Origin: a virus
Taxonomy: Duplodnaviria > Heunggongvirae > Uroviricota > Caudoviricetes
DNA: 15,307 bases
IMG/VR virus record: IMGVR_UViG_2617270953_000003
Location: 1-15,307 of that record
Strand: one strand, 5' to 3'
Of this stretch, positions 14,728-15,307 are shown piece after piece. The translations under genes were made by a program, and so were the position numbers. The notes under the pieces were generated by a model. That model was given only the letters and a program-made list of their open reading frames with translations, was not told the origin of the DNA and made no database searches. How positions within the stretch are numbered: the first letter of the stretch is position 1; the number at the start of each line of letters is the position of its first letter.

Positions 14728-15307
14728 TGGCAGCAAATACCGAAATATTTGGGTAGTTGGCGATCTGCACGGTTGCTACACGAACCTGATGAACAAACTG
14801 GATACGATTGGATTCGACACCAAAAAAGACCTGCTTATCTCGGTTGGCGATTTGGTCGATCGCGGTACAGAGAACGTTGAATGCCTGGAATTAATCACAT
14901 TCCCCTGGTTCATAGCTGTACGTGGAAACCATGAGCAAATGATGATTGATGGCTTATCAGAGCGTGGAAACGTCAATCACTGGCTGCTTAATGGCGGTGG
15001 CTGGTTCTTTAATCTCGATTACGACAAAGAAATTCTGGCTAAAGCTCTTGCCCATAAAGCAGATGAACTTCCGTTAATCATTGAACTGGTGAGCAAAGGT
15101 AAAAAATATGTTATCTGCCACGCCGATTATCCTTGTGACGAATACGAGTTTGGAAAGCCAGTTGTTCATCAGCAGGTAATCTGGAACCGCGAACGAATCA
15201 GCAACTCACAAGACGGGATCGTAAAAGAAATCAAAGGAGCGGACACGTTCATCTTTGGTCATACGCCAGCAGTGAAACCACTCAAGTTTGCCAACCAAAT
15301 GTATATC
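14705..15307 (+). CDS. ninI: Ser/Thr protein phosphatase NinI (lambda PPase / orf221 family), 3' end beyond window
   Basis: Frame 2 from ATG at 14705 translates [29 protein letters not shown]...GDLVDRG...RGNHE..., the metallophosphatase GDxHG/GDxxDRG/GNHE motifs; absent from the track because no stop occurs before the window end. Confidence 0.85.
   Translation, partial: MRYYERIDGSKYRNIWVVGDLHGCYTNLMNKLDTIGFDTKKDLLISVGDLVDRGTENVECLELITFPWFIAVRGNHEQMMIDGLSERGNVNHWLLNGGGWFFNLDYDKEILAKALAHKADELPLIIELVSKGKKYVICHADYPCDEYEFGKPVVHQQVIWNRERISNSQDGIVKEIKGADTFIFGHTPAVKPLKFANQMYI

Overview
This window is the early-gene region of a mosaic lambdoid prophage (enterobacterial type). Minus strand, 1-6750: a leftward pL-type operon with a P22-type N antiterminator and nutL boxB, an acidic 28-aa ORF, Ral, an unknown 138-aa protein behind an intrinsic terminator, a CIII-like peptide, an Erf/SSB recombination module, an Abc2-like candidate, and a block of uncharacterised accessory genes (Cys-cluster protein, coiled-coil protein, possible GNAT-like protein, DUF551-like protein, zinc-ribbon peptide). 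Centre, 6750-8610: an immunity region that I recognise as near-identical to phage lambda (OL1-3/pL, cI, OR1-3/pRM/pR, cro). The lambda rexA/rexB slot downstream of cI is instead occupied by a KilA-N-domain gene plus a second ORF split across two reading frames at a C7/G7 homopolymer, closed by a tImm-like terminator. Plus strand, 8610-15307: P22-type nutR boxB, a cII-like gene, a small basic ORF, a non-lambda replication module (iteron-containing initiator and DnaB-family helicase), a tR2-like terminator, and a lambda-like nin region (ninB, Dam-type N6-adenine methyltransferase, ninE, ninF, Rha/KilAC antirepressor-like gene, ybcO-like, rusA, ninH, and the 5' part of the ninI phosphatase running off the window end). 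The most likely place for an undescribed function is the cI-cotranscribed cargo in the rex slot (7004-7763), followed by the unknown early-left genes. All protein identities are from my recall of family sequences and motifs; no database search was run.
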